Shown in pieces: positions 38,522 to 47,213 of a stretch of DNA of 64,000 bases; within the stretch, counting starts at the first letter, position 1, and each line of letters opens with the position of its first letter. The stretch spans positions 554 to 64,553 of the forward strand of contig JBGSIV010000214.1 of the NCBI GenBank assembly GCA_041742355.1, read 5' to 3'. A model generated the notes under the pieces. That model worked only from the letters and a program-made list of their open reading frames with translations. It had not been told where the DNA came from and searched no databases. Position numbers and translations under genes: made by a program. This DNA comes from Candidatus Zixiibacteriota bacterium. Its GTDB lineage: Bacteria; Zixibacteria; MSB-5A5; GN15; FEB-12.

Positions 38522-39451
38522 ATGCCGTACCTCGGAGAAACCGCTGCCCTGGCCACGTCGTTCTTCTGGTCGTTCACCTCGATCTTTTTCGCCGAGGGGG
38601 GGAAGCTCATTGGTTCCTTCAAGGTCAACAACATCCGCCTGGTGATGGCGGTGGGGATCTACGCCGTTATCCTGACTCTTCTTACCGGCGCTCCTTTCCC
38701 GGCCGACATCAACGGGCAGCAGCTCTTCTGGCTGGGTCTCTCGGGACTCGTGGGTTTGGTTTTCGGTGACAGCTGCGGTTTCAAGGCGCTTGTCATGATC
38801 GGCCCTCGCCTGACCACCCTCCTCTACGCCACCACCCCGATCTGGACGACGATTGTCGCGTGGGTGTTCCTGGGCGAACGGCTCACGGCGCTCGATGTCC
38901 TCGGCATCGTGATCACCGTGACCGGGATTATCTGGGTAGTCACCGAGCGCCGGTTTGGTCCGGCGCTGCCGAATGGAGTCGCGACCGGCCACCCCGATGC
39001 AGGCTCCTACTTCACCGGGATCCTCCTCGGACTCGGCGCCGCGCTGGGGCAGGCGGTCGGGCTGGTGCTAGCGAAACAGGGGATGCTCCACGCGGGGGGG
39101 ACGATCGAACCGATCGAGGCTTCCGCTGTTCGCATGGGCGTCGCCCTCATAGGGATCTGGATCCTGTCGGCCATTCGCGGCCAGATATCCGCCACGATAT
39201 CCGCCGTTCGCCACTCGCGGGCGATGGCGTTCACGTTCGGCGGCGCCTTTTTCGGTCCGTTCCTCGGGGTGTGGATGTCGCTGCTTGCTGTCGCCCACAT
39301 CGCGGCGGGTATCGCGTCGACCCTCAATTCGATGACCCCGGTGATGATTTTGCCGCTGCTGATATTCTACTACAAGGAGCGCCCCACGCTACGCGCGTGG
39401 CTCGGCGCGATTGTCGCGGTCGGGGGGGTTACACTCCTCTTTCTGAACTGA
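38522..39451 (+). CDS. EamA/DMT-superfamily transporter
   Basis: About 10 predicted TM helices with two EamA-like halves. I prefer the ATG at 38522 (MPYLGETAALATSFFW). Confidence 0.8.
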   Translation: MPYLGETAALATSFFWSFTSIFFAEGGKLIGSFKVNNIRLVMAVGIYAVILTLLTGAPFPADINGQQLFWLGLSGLVGLVFGDSCGFKALVMIGPRLTTLLYATTPIWTTIVAWVFLGERLTALDVLGIVITVTGIIWVVTERRFGPALPNGVATGHPDAGSYFTGILLGLGAALGQAVGLVLAKQGMLHAGGTIEPIEASAVRMGVALIGIWILSAIRGQISATISAVRHSRAMAFTFGGAFFGPFLGVWMSLLAVAHIAAGIASTLNSMTPVMILPLLIFYYKERPTLRAWLGAIVAVGGVTLLFLN

Positions 39452-40389
39452 TGGCCTACCTCGACTACACATCGTTCGCGGCGTTCCTCGCCCGCCATGC
39501 CGCCGTACTCCCGGCGGTTTCCGAACGGCTGGTCGGTGTCTACCGGAGACATGACTCCGGCTACTGTGCCATCACGCGCTTCTTTGCGTCGGGCGGAATC
39601 GATCCTCGCCGGGTCGCCCTTCGCTATCGTCCGGATCCGTTTGTTTTCGACGATTCCGTGATTGAGTCCTATGCCCGCAATATCGAATCGGAACTGCGTG
39701 CCGCCGGGCGTTTGTATGTCGGCCCGATGGCGACAGCAGTCGTGGAGGAGTATTTCAGCACACTGTCGCCGCAGCTGCTCCTGCAGCCGTGCGACTACGG
39801 GCTCTTTGCCGGATCCTGTTTTGCGCTGGATCATCCCGATCCCGTTTTCGGTGACAGCGCTACTCTGCGCGAGTACGCCCACCGCTATCGGTCGGTGCTC
39901 CCCCAGTGTATGGGGGTGTGCGGCCTGCTGGTAACCACTGAATCAGATGGTTCGCGTCGGGTGATGGCGGTCAATCGGGCGGGGCATCTAGCGTCGCTGA
40001 CCCATTCGGTTGGTCCGTCGGCGGCGGGATCGGTTGACTTCCGGGCCGGCTGGACCACGCTTCAGGAGCTTATGTACGAGACGATGGCGGCCGAGATCGC
40101 CGAAGAACTTGGTCTGGGTGCGCACGAGTACGCGATCACACCGCTCGCGTGCGCGAGGGAGATGTTCCGCGGCGGCAAGCCGCAGCTCTTCTGCCGTATC
40201 GATACGGGGCTCTCTTCCGGAGAGGTTCTCGACCGGCTTGCCGTCCTGACCGGGCGCCCGGAATTCACTGACAGCTATTTCTTCCCGCTCGATTCGGAGA
40301 ATCGCATGCTTCCCGACGATTTGGTGCGGCTCAACCACGAGGCGGCGATGAACTGGTTTTTGGTGGAAGAGCACGCCTCGGGGGCATAA
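39451..40389 (+). CDS. hypothetical protein with a near-consensus Nudix box
   Basis: 312 aa. The ATG overlaps the EamA stop (TGATG). Residues 200-222, GWTTLQELMYETMAAEIAEELGL, fit GX5EX7REUXEEXGU except R->A. The longer ORF-track start at 38860 runs through the EamA gene and is rejected. Confidence 0.6.
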   Translation: MAYLDYTSFAAFLARHAAVLPAVSERLVGVYRRHDSGYCAITRFFASGGIDPRRVALRYRPDPFVFDDSVIESYARNIESELRAAGRLYVGPMATAVVEEYFSTLSPQLLLQPCDYGLFAGSCFALDHPDPVFGDSATLREYAHRYRSVLPQCMGVCGLLVTTESDGSRRVMAVNRAGHLASLTHSVGPSAAGSVDFRAGWTTLQELMYETMAAEIAEELGLGAHEYAITPLACAREMFRGGKPQLFCRIDTGLSSGEVLDRLAVLTGRPEFTDSYFFPLDSENRMLPDDLVRLNHEAAMNWFLVEEHASGA

Positions 40390-40414
40390 AAAAACCCGCC
40401 TCGAGCGAGGCGGG
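40387..40414 (-). terminator. rho-independent terminator of hpf (also closes the convergent plus-strand gene)
   Basis: Stem CCCGCCTCG/CGAGGCGGG. On the minus strand it is followed by a T8 run (A8 at 40387-40394 on the plus strand). Confidence 0.8.
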
Positions 40415-40449
40415 TCTTCGTGGTGCAGATTTGTTGCGTCAGCCGGAAA

Positions 40450-40809
40450 TCACATGTCCACTTCATCGACATCGGTCTTGGGGCGGGCGAGGGAAGCTTT
40501 GACATCGGCGACCTCTTCCGGCTTGCGGTCTTTGAGCTTTCCCTTGTACTTTTTGAGCTGGGTCTTGACCTTGTCGACCGCGACATCGATCGCCGTGTAC
40601 ATGTCGTCGGTTTCGCCCCGGCCTGCGATCAGGCTGTTGAACACGTTGACTTTCAGTTCGGCCACGCGTCGGTGGCGCTCGGCGTCGAGCACCATTTCCG
40701 CCGAGACGATGTGGTCGAAGAATCGGGTCAGGCCCTCCATTGATTCTTCGGCCTTGGCTTTCATCTCGGGGGTGAGATCAAAGTGACGGGCGGTTACCTG
40801 TTTCTTCAT
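40450..40809 (-). CDS. hpf: ribosome hibernation promoting factor (short HPF / sigma-54 modulation protein family)
   Basis: 119 aa. MKKQVTARHFDLTPEMKAKAE... is typical of the family. Lies downstream of rpoN. Confidence 0.9.
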   Translation of the reverse strand: MKKQVTARHFDLTPEMKAKAEESMEGLTRFFDHIVSAEMVLDAERHRRVAELKVNVFNSLIAGRGETDDMYTAIDVAVDKVKTQLKKYKGKLKDRKPEEVADVKASLARPKTDVDEVDM

Positions 40810-41075
40810 GATTGACTCACTCCTTTCCCAACAGGACGTGGCAGTGAATACGGGTTACGGCTCTGTATATTGAACTCTGTGCACCACAGAGAGAACCGCT
40901 CCAGCAGTGGGGTTGGGCCGCTCGGGCCCTCTGTAAGTGATACGGAATAGGGGACAGATCGGTTCGAATCCGTGCGGCAGAAGCAGCGTTTGCGCGCTTG
41001 CGCGTTTCCATCCGATGGATCTCTTGTTGCATGGCCGCTGCCGCCTCCGCAGCCCGCGGCCGGTACCCACAGTGC

Positions 41076-42488
41076 CTAGCCCACCCGCTTGCGCAGCCGG
41101 GCCGGCTGTAACTTCAGCTCTTCACGATACTTGGTGACGGTCCGCCGGGCAAGCTTTATCCCCTCCTTATTCAGGATGCGGAATATCTCCTGGTCGGAGT
41201 ACGGCTTGTCGGCCGGCTCGCCGGCGATGATTTCCTCGATCCGCTGCTTGACCGACCGCTTCGAGACGTCGTCACCGTTCTCGCTCGCGATGCCCGAATT
41301 GAAGAAGTACTTGATTTCGTACACGCCCAAGGGGGTCTGGACATACTTGCCGTTGGACACGCGGCTGATGGTCGCCACGTTCATTTCCACCATCTGGGCG
41401 ATATCTTCCATGATGAGCGGCTTGAGGAATGCCGCGCCGTGTTCGAAGAAGTCATGCTGGCGGTCGACGATTGCTTCCATGACCCGGATCATGGTTGTCC
41501 GCCGCTGGTTGATGGCGTTCAGGAGCCACCGCGCCTGTTCCAGTTTCTGGCGCACGTAGTCGCGGGTTTCCTGGGTTGCGCCCTTGCCGCGCCGCATCAG
41601 GCTCTTGTATCCGGAATTGATCTGGAGGCGGGGAATGTGGCTGTCGTTGTGGTACACGAGGAATTCTTCCCCGACCCGGTCGACGATCAGATCCGGGATA
41701 ACCGGCATAGCCGCCGGATCAAACCGTCCCTGCGCCGGTTTCGGCGACAGCGACCGGATCATCTCCATGGCCGCCTGTGCTTTCTCTTCCGGCACGTTCA
41801 TCATTTTGGCCACCTGGTGGATCGATTTGCGGTCGAGCTCGTTGATGTGCTCGTCGACGATCCGCCAGCCCAGCGTTCCCTCGAGCCCGCGTTCGCGCAA
41901 CTGGATCATCAGGCATTCCCGAAGATCCCGTGCGGCTACGCCGGTCGGATCGAAGCGCTGGATCATCTCCAGCACGCGCTCGATCTTCTCGACCTCGGTG
42001 TTCAGCTCTTTGGCCATTTCCGGGACGCTGATGGTCAGGTAGCCGTCGGGGGCCACGTTGCCGATGATATACTCGCCGATCAACTGCTCTTCCTGGGACA
42101 GCTTGAGCAGCATCAACTGTTCGTTCAGGTGGTCGTACAGGTTGGTCGAGGCCGCCGCGGTTCCCTCGAACCGGTCTTCGTCAGATTCCCGGTGCTCCCG
42201 CACCTTGTATCCTTCTTCGTCGTCGAAGAGGTACTCTTCCCAGTCGACTTCCTGCTTTTCTTCCTTGGTCTCGGGCGTCGCCACCTCGGACTCGGCATCC
42301 TGCTCGATTTCCGGCTCCAGCTCGAGCATTTCGATTTCCTCGAGCATGGGGTTCATTTCCAGTTCCTGGCGGATTTTCTGTTCGAGCTTGAGCGCCGGCA
42401 TTTGCAGCATCTGCAGCGACTGGATCAGCTGCGGCGCCATGACGAGGCTGGTCCCTAACCTTTGACTGAGTCCGATATTGAGCTTCAT
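41076..42488 (-). CDS. rpoN: RNA polymerase sigma-54 factor
   Basis: 470 aa. Gln/Leu-rich region I, acidic region II, RpoN box ARRTVTKYR. Confidence 0.95.
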   Translation of the reverse strand: MKLNIGLSQRLGTSLVMAPQLIQSLQMLQMPALKLEQKIRQELEMNPMLEEIEMLELEPEIEQDAESEVATPETKEEKQEVDWEEYLFDDEEGYKVREHRESDEDRFEGTAAASTNLYDHLNEQLMLLKLSQEEQLIGEYIIGNVAPDGYLTISVPEMAKELNTEVEKIERVLEMIQRFDPTGVAARDLRECLMIQLRERGLEGTLGWRIVDEHINELDRKSIHQVAKMMNVPEEKAQAAMEMIRSLSPKPAQGRFDPAAMPVIPDLIVDRVGEEFLVYHNDSHIPRLQINSGYKSLMRRGKGATQETRDYVRQKLEQARWLLNAINQRRTTMIRVMEAIVDRQHDFFEHGAAFLKPLIMEDIAQMVEMNVATISRVSNGKYVQTPLGVYEIKYFFNSGIASENGDDVSKRSVKQRIEEIIAGEPADKPYSDQEIFRILNKEGIKLARRTVTKYREELKLQPARLRKRVG

Positions 42489-42624
42489 AATTCTTACCTG
42501 TCGTCTGGTTCACCCTTGCAGGAACAGCAGTAACGCGCTCCCTGCCAATAGTATCGGTTCTCTCTCGGCGGGTGTTTACGACGGCGTGCCGGATCGTTCA
42601 TTTATTACACAGATGAGCCCGGTA

Positions 42625-43374
42625 TCAATTGAGTCGAAACTTCTCTCCCAGATAGATCTTCCGTGCTTCCGGATCATTCGCCAGATATTCCGATGTCCCC
42701 GCTTTGAGGATCTTTCCATCACACATAATGTACGCCCGGTTGCAGATAGACAGCGTTTCCCGGACATTGTGGTCGGTGATCAACACGCCCAGACCCCGTT
42801 CCACGAGGCGGGCGATGATACTTTGAATATCTTCCACCGCGATCGGGTCGATTCCGGCGAAGGGCTCGTCCAGGAGCATGAACTTCGGACGGGTGACCAT
42901 GGCGCGGGTGATTTCGACCCGGCGTCGCTCCCCGCCGGACAGCGTGTACGCTTTGGCCTTGCGCAGGTGGTTGATGTCCAGTTCGTTGAGCAATTCATCG
43001 AGGCGCATCCGGCGCTCCTTGCGCGAGAGCTTCTGGAACTGCAGGATCGCCTGGATATTCTCCTCGACCGTCATTTTGCGGAACACCGAGGCTTCCTGCG
43101 CCAGGTATCCGATTCCCCGCCGCGCCCGTTTGAACATCGGGTTGCGGCTGATGTCGGTCCCGCCCAGGTACACTTTTCCGCCATCCGGCCGGATGAATCC
43201 GATGATCATGTAAAAGGTCGTGGTCTTGCCCGCGCCGTTGGGGCCGAGCAGGCCGACGACTTCGCCGGGGTGTACTTCGATTGACACACCCCGAACCACC
43301 GGCCGTTTGCGGTAAAACTTGGTGAGGTTATCAGATGACAGAATCATCGGTGTATCCGCTTGCTGAGCTGTCAT
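42625..43374 (-). CDS. lptB: LPS export ABC transporter ATP-binding protein
   Basis: Walker [10 protein letters not shown], signature LSGGERRR, Walker B FMLLDEP. I prefer the ATG at 43374 (MTAQQAD...); the ORF-track start at 43413 is also possible. Confidence 0.9.
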   Translation of the reverse strand: MTAQQADTPMILSSDNLTKFYRKRPVVRGVSIEVHPGEVVGLLGPNGAGKTTTFYMIIGFIRPDGGKVYLGGTDISRNPMFKRARRGIGYLAQEASVFRKMTVEENIQAILQFQKLSRKERRMRLDELLNELDINHLRKAKAYTLSGGERRRVEITRAMVTRPKFMLLDEPFAGIDPIAVEDIQSIIARLVERGLGVLITDHNVRETLSICNRAYIMCDGKILKAGTSEYLANDPEARKIYLGEKFRLN

Positions 43375-43574
43375 GTTGTTAATATATGCCTGTTCAAACG
43401 TTTTATCCAGCATAATTTTTGCTAATACAATTCATCGTTTTAAGATTAAGACTGAAAGGCACTTAATATTTCTACTCCAGAGAGGGTGCGAAAATTCCCG
43501 TTATTTCTCCCATTTTTTCAACAATTTTTGGGGGTGATTTGATCGCGGGGGGGGAAAAGGGGTTGACGGGTTGG

Positions 43575-44330
43575 TTTCCGCAGGGTCACATCCGCCTCCG
43601 GCGGACAAGACCCTGCGGAACGGGGAACTTCCAGGGCGGAGACAAGCCCCGCCCCTACGCGGGCGCGGAGTGACGCATCGACGAATTGGGTTCGTTTGCG
43701 CGGTTTTCCGGTTTCCGTGTGAGTCTTGCCGTCAGGCCGCAAGCGGCCTGACCTACATCTAACCTATGCATTGGGTTCGTTTGGTAATCCCGGCATACGG
43801 TAGACTCGGCGTGACTGGGGCCCGGCCTCCGCCGGGCTGACAGGAAACAAGCCAGGGGTGACAGAAGAGGATTCCAAGTCGCCTCCGCGGGAATGACAGG
43901 AAAGAAGTCGGGGTGACTCGTAGTGGGCTTTGGCCGCACATTTGCCCTGCCTCTTCTCTTCTCGACACGTTGCCCCTCCTCTTGCCGGAACCTGGCCTCT
44001 CTTGTTGCCGAAATGCGGCATCTCCTGTTGCCGTCACGGTAACTCCCATTCTCGCTACACTCTATCCTATACTTACTGTGGACCATGGGGCAATCTCCAT
44101 CAGTTCGCTGTCGATTTTGCGGGGGGGATTCGCGGCCGATGTGGACATCGGCCGCGCACGGCATGTGGGTATCAGCCGCGCACAGAGCGGGCCGCGCGGT
44201 GTTCCGCAGGGTCACACCCTCCCCCTCGCTTCGCTCGGGGTCGGGCAAGACCCTGCGGAACGAAGAAATCAGCCGTGTCCACCCGCAGGGTCACACGCTC
44301 GCTACGCGAGCGCAAGACCCTGCGGAACGA
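43575..44330. repeat. REP/BIME-like mosaic cluster D
   Basis: Modules present:
- nested hairpin module at 43578-43625, 44204-44262 and 44283-44329;
- GGGCGG...CCGCCCC-TAC at 43634-43658;
- GGGTTCGTTTGCGCG at 43684-43702;
- GTCAGGCCGC-AA-GCGGCCTGAC-CTAC at 43731-43756;
- a 75-bp module at 43770-43843, shared with 24674-24745;
- module 44057-44113, shared with 26967-27022;
- hairpin 44132-44155, shared with the 24.9-kb array. Confidence 0.9.
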
Positions 44331-44362
44331 GCAATCGGGCCCGGCGGAGCGGGTTACGGTCT

Positions 44363-45370
44363 CTATCTCTTTCGGGCCCGGATGCGAAGCTGGCGAAGGT
44401 ACATCACGACCTCGTGCCGCGTACAGAAATCCGCCAGTCCCCCCTCGCCCGGTACGAGCGGGCGTCTTCCCATCGGTTTGATCCGCACCGGATCGAACCC
44501 GAGCTCCTCCAGCACCGGACGGTACCCCGTCTCCATGTGCGGGTAGGTCTGTTTCAGAATCGCGATCATCTCCGGTGGGCACCTGGGCGTGATCGTATGA
44601 TCCGGCAGCAACTCGAACGCGTAGAGTGTCCCGCCCGGTCGCAGAACACGGTAGGCCTCCCGCAAGGCCGAATTCGCCTTTGACTCGATATTGCTGATTC
44701 CCCCCATGCTCACCACCGCCGCGACGCTCTCCGAGGCGATCGGCATCTGGGTGGCGTCGAACTGCGCAAACCCGAGGTTCGGCCACAACGGTCTCCCCGT
44801 TTCACCCTGAGTCCTCCTAATGTGACCCTGAGCCCTCTCAATGTCACCCTGAGCGGAGTCGAAGGGTGACTTCCCCCGCATCCGCCGCGCGAACTTCTGC
44901 CACTGCCGCAGCGGCCACAGCCCGATATCATTCATCACGACATGTGCAGCCGGGTTTACAGCCAGGACCATCGGGGTCGCTCCGCCTCCCGGGCCGACGG
45001 CGATTTCGACAATCGGCCCGTTGGTCGCCGCGATTCGGCGGATCCAATCGACGTACTTGTCGTACTCGGGCCACTGGTTGACCATGTAGTCGTAGTTGCG
45101 CTCAATCAGCTTTTCCGGATCGACCCGGCGCCGGCGGAATATCTCGTCCCGTGTCGTGTCGTCATCCCAGCCGTTTCCGTCGCCAAGGTGGAACCGGGGG
45201 ATGCCATTCTCGACCGGGTAGGAGATGTCCCCTTCCTTTGTCCGCAGCACGCCGTTGGTCCAGCGGCCATCGGGGTCGGACTCGCCGACGTAGCAGAGGC
45301 GGCGGTACCCCTCAGGCGTGACAAAGAGTGATTCCAGCGGATCATGCAACTGCTTCATAAGCTCTCCCAT
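44363..45370 (-). CDS. class I SAM-dependent methyltransferase with an N-terminal Trm112-like segment
   Basis: Motif I VEIAVGPGGG. ISYPVENGIPRF. The start is ATG 45370 or 45358. The ORF-track extension to 46312 is antisense to hutU and is rejected. Confidence 0.75.
   Translation of the reverse strand: MGELMKQLHDPLESLFVTPEGYRRLCYVGESDPDGRWTNGVLRTKEGDISYPVENGIPRFHLGDGNGWDDDTTRDEIFRRRRVDPEKLIERNYDYMVNQWPEYDKYVDWIRRIAATNGPIVEIAVGPGGGATPMVLAVNPAAHVVMNDIGLWPLRQWQKFARRMRGKSPFDSAQGDIERAQGHIRRTQGETGRPLWPNLGFAQFDATQMPIASESVAAVVSMGGISNIESKANSALREAYRVLRPGGTLYAFELLPDHTITPRCPPEMIAILKQTYPHMETGYRPVLEELGFDPVRIKPMGRRPLVPGEGGLADFCTRHEVVMYLRQLRIRARKR
44801..44870. repeat. three tandem 21-bp units ending in a REP hairpin, in frame inside the methyltransferase gene
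   Basis: T(C/G)ACCCTGAG recurs at 44802, 44823 and 44844. The last unit forms GTCACCCT-GAGCGGAGTCGA-AGGGTGAC (44843-44870). The segment encodes FDSAQGD/IERAQGH/IRRTQGE. Confidence 0.85.
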
Positions 45371-45526
45371 GACGGCTAAATCATAGACCCGCCTCTCTAT
45401 GACAAAGTAACGCAAAATCACATCCTGCGCAATCGTCAATCTCCGAGCGTTACAACCCTTGCCCCTCTTCCTCCCACCCCATATATTCCCCGCAGTGAAA
45501 TTGAACTGATCCGGAGGAAATGGACC

Positions 45527-47185
45527 ATGAAGCCCCAAACTGTCCGCGCCCCGCGCGGCACTAAACTCCACTGCAAAGGCTGGCACCAGGAAGCCGCCTT
45601 CCGCATGATCCAGAACAACCTCGACCCGGAGGTTGCGGAGAAACCCGACGACCTGATTGTCTACGGCGGTCTCGGCAAAGCCGCCCGCAACTGGGACTGT
45701 TACGCCGCTATTCTCAAGTCGCTCAAGTCCCTTGAGAACGATGAAACCCTGCTCATTCAGTCCGGCAAGCCGGTCGGCATTTTCCGCACCCACGACTACG
45801 CCCCCCGCGTCCTCCTGGCCAACTCCAACCTCGTGCCCAAGTGGGCGACCTGGGACTATTTCCGCAAGATGGACGAACTCGGGTTGATCATGTATGGCCA
45901 GATGACCGCCGGAAGCTGGATCTATATCGGCAGCCAGGGGATTATCCAGGGCACGTATGAGACGTTTGTTGCCGCCGGGCAGAAGCACTTCAAGGGGAAC
46001 CTTGCCGGGCGGTGGATTCTCACGGGCGGCATGGGCGGTATGGGTGGCGCCCAGCCCCTTGCGGCCACGATGGCCGGTGCGTCGATCCTCGTGGTCGAGG
46101 TCGACGAGGCCCGGATCGATCGTCGTGTGAAGCAGGGTTTCTGCGATGTGAAAGTGAATGATCTCGACGACGCCCTGAAGCTGATCGAAAAGCACACGAA
46201 GAGCAAGAAGCCGATTTCGATCGGCCTGGTCGCCAACGCCGCGACGGCTTTCGCCCAGCTCCACCGCATGGGGGTTTACCCGGATATGATCACCGACCAG
46301 ACCTCGGCTCACGACGAGCTCAACGGCTACATCCCCGAGGGGATGTCACCGTCCGAGGCGGCCGCGCTGCGCAAGCGCGATCCCAAGGGGTACATGCAGC
46401 GTTCGTACAAGGCGATGGTCAAGCACTGCGAGGCGATGGTCCGCTGGCACGAAGACGGTGCGGTGGTGTTCGACTACGGCAACAATCTCCGCGGCCAGGC
46501 CGAGAAGGGTGGTCTCGACGACGCTTTCGCCTATCCCGGCTTTGTCCCGGCCTATGTCCGTCCGCTCTTCTGCGAAGGCAAGGGTCCGTTCCGCTGGGCC
46601 GCTCTCTCCGGCAAGCCGGAGGATATCCAGGTCACCGACCAGATTGTCAAGAGGCTCTTCAAGGAGAACAAGCCGTTGATGCACTGGATCGACATGGCGC
46701 AAAAGCGCATTCCGTTCCAGGGGTTGCCGGCTCGGATCTGCTGGCTCGGCTACGGCGAGCGAGCGCAATTCGGCGAGGTTCTCAACGACTATATCAAGAA
46801 GGGGAAGATCAGCGCCCCGGTCGTAATCGGCCGCGACCATCTCGATACGGGCTCGGTCGCCTCGCCGTACCGTGAGACCGAAGCGATGAAAGACGGCTCC
46901 AACGCGATCGCCGACTGGCCGCTTCTGAATGCCCTCCTGAACACCGCTTCCGGCGCGTCGTGGGTGTCGATCCACCATGGCGGCGGGGTTGGGATGGGCA
47001 ACGCTATCCACGCGGGGCAGGTGATTGTCGCCGACGGCACGCCGATGATGAAGAAGCGCCTCGAACGGGTGCTGACCAACGATCCCGGCAGCGGTGTCAT
47101 GCGCCACGCCGATGCCGGCTACGACGAGGCGATCCGGACGGCGCGGAGGAACAAGATCAAGATCCCCATGCCGAGAAAGAGCTAG
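45527..47185 (+). CDS. hutU: urocanate hydratase
   Basis: 552 aa. [16 protein letters not shown] site. Full-length HutU-like sequence. Confidence 0.95.
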   Translation: MKPQTVRAPRGTKLHCKGWHQEAAFRMIQNNLDPEVAEKPDDLIVYGGLGKAARNWDCYAAILKSLKSLENDETLLIQSGKPVGIFRTHDYAPRVLLANSNLVPKWATWDYFRKMDELGLIMYGQMTAGSWIYIGSQGIIQGTYETFVAAGQKHFKGNLAGRWILTGGMGGMGGAQPLAATMAGASILVVEVDEARIDRRVKQGFCDVKVNDLDDALKLIEKHTKSKKPISIGLVANAATAFAQLHRMGVYPDMITDQTSAHDELNGYIPEGMSPSEAAALRKRDPKGYMQRSYKAMVKHCEAMVRWHEDGAVVFDYGNNLRGQAEKGGLDDAFAYPGFVPAYVRPLFCEGKGPFRWAALSGKPEDIQVTDQIVKRLFKENKPLMHWIDMAQKRIPFQGLPARICWLGYGERAQFGEVLNDYIKKGKISAPVVIGRDHLDTGSVASPYRETEAMKDGSNAIADWPLLNALLNTASGASWVSIHHGGGVGMGNAIHAGQVIVADGTPMMKKRLERVLTNDPGSGVMRHADAGYDEAIRTARRNKIKIPMPRKS

Positions 47186-47213
47186 CCCGAAGACCGGTGA
47201 ATCGGGACACTCT

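Noticed and set aside
38860-39450. N-terminal 197-aa extension of the Nudix-like ORF (ORF-track start 38860)
   Set aside because: It lies entirely within the EamA transporter gene in another frame and is Arg/Pro/Gly-rich. A canonical ATG overlapping the EamA stop gives a sensible start.
40828-40850. Sigma-54 promoter upstream of hpf (minus strand TGCCACGTCCTGTTGG)
   Set aside because: The -24 GG and -12 GC dinucleotides are not correctly reproduced (GC instead of GG; TTGG instead of TTGC), so the match is too weak.
40951-40985. tRNA T-arm-like string GGTTCGAATCC
   Set aside because: The flanking bases pair for only 3 bp on either strand (ATCGG/CCGTG). I could not build an acceptor stem, D arm or anticodon arm.
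45371-46312. Upstream extension of the methyltransferase ORF to a 649-aa protein
   Set aside because: The extension is antisense to the well-supported hutU gene and has a low-complexity composition. The methyltransferase similarity begins near MGELMKQLHDP.
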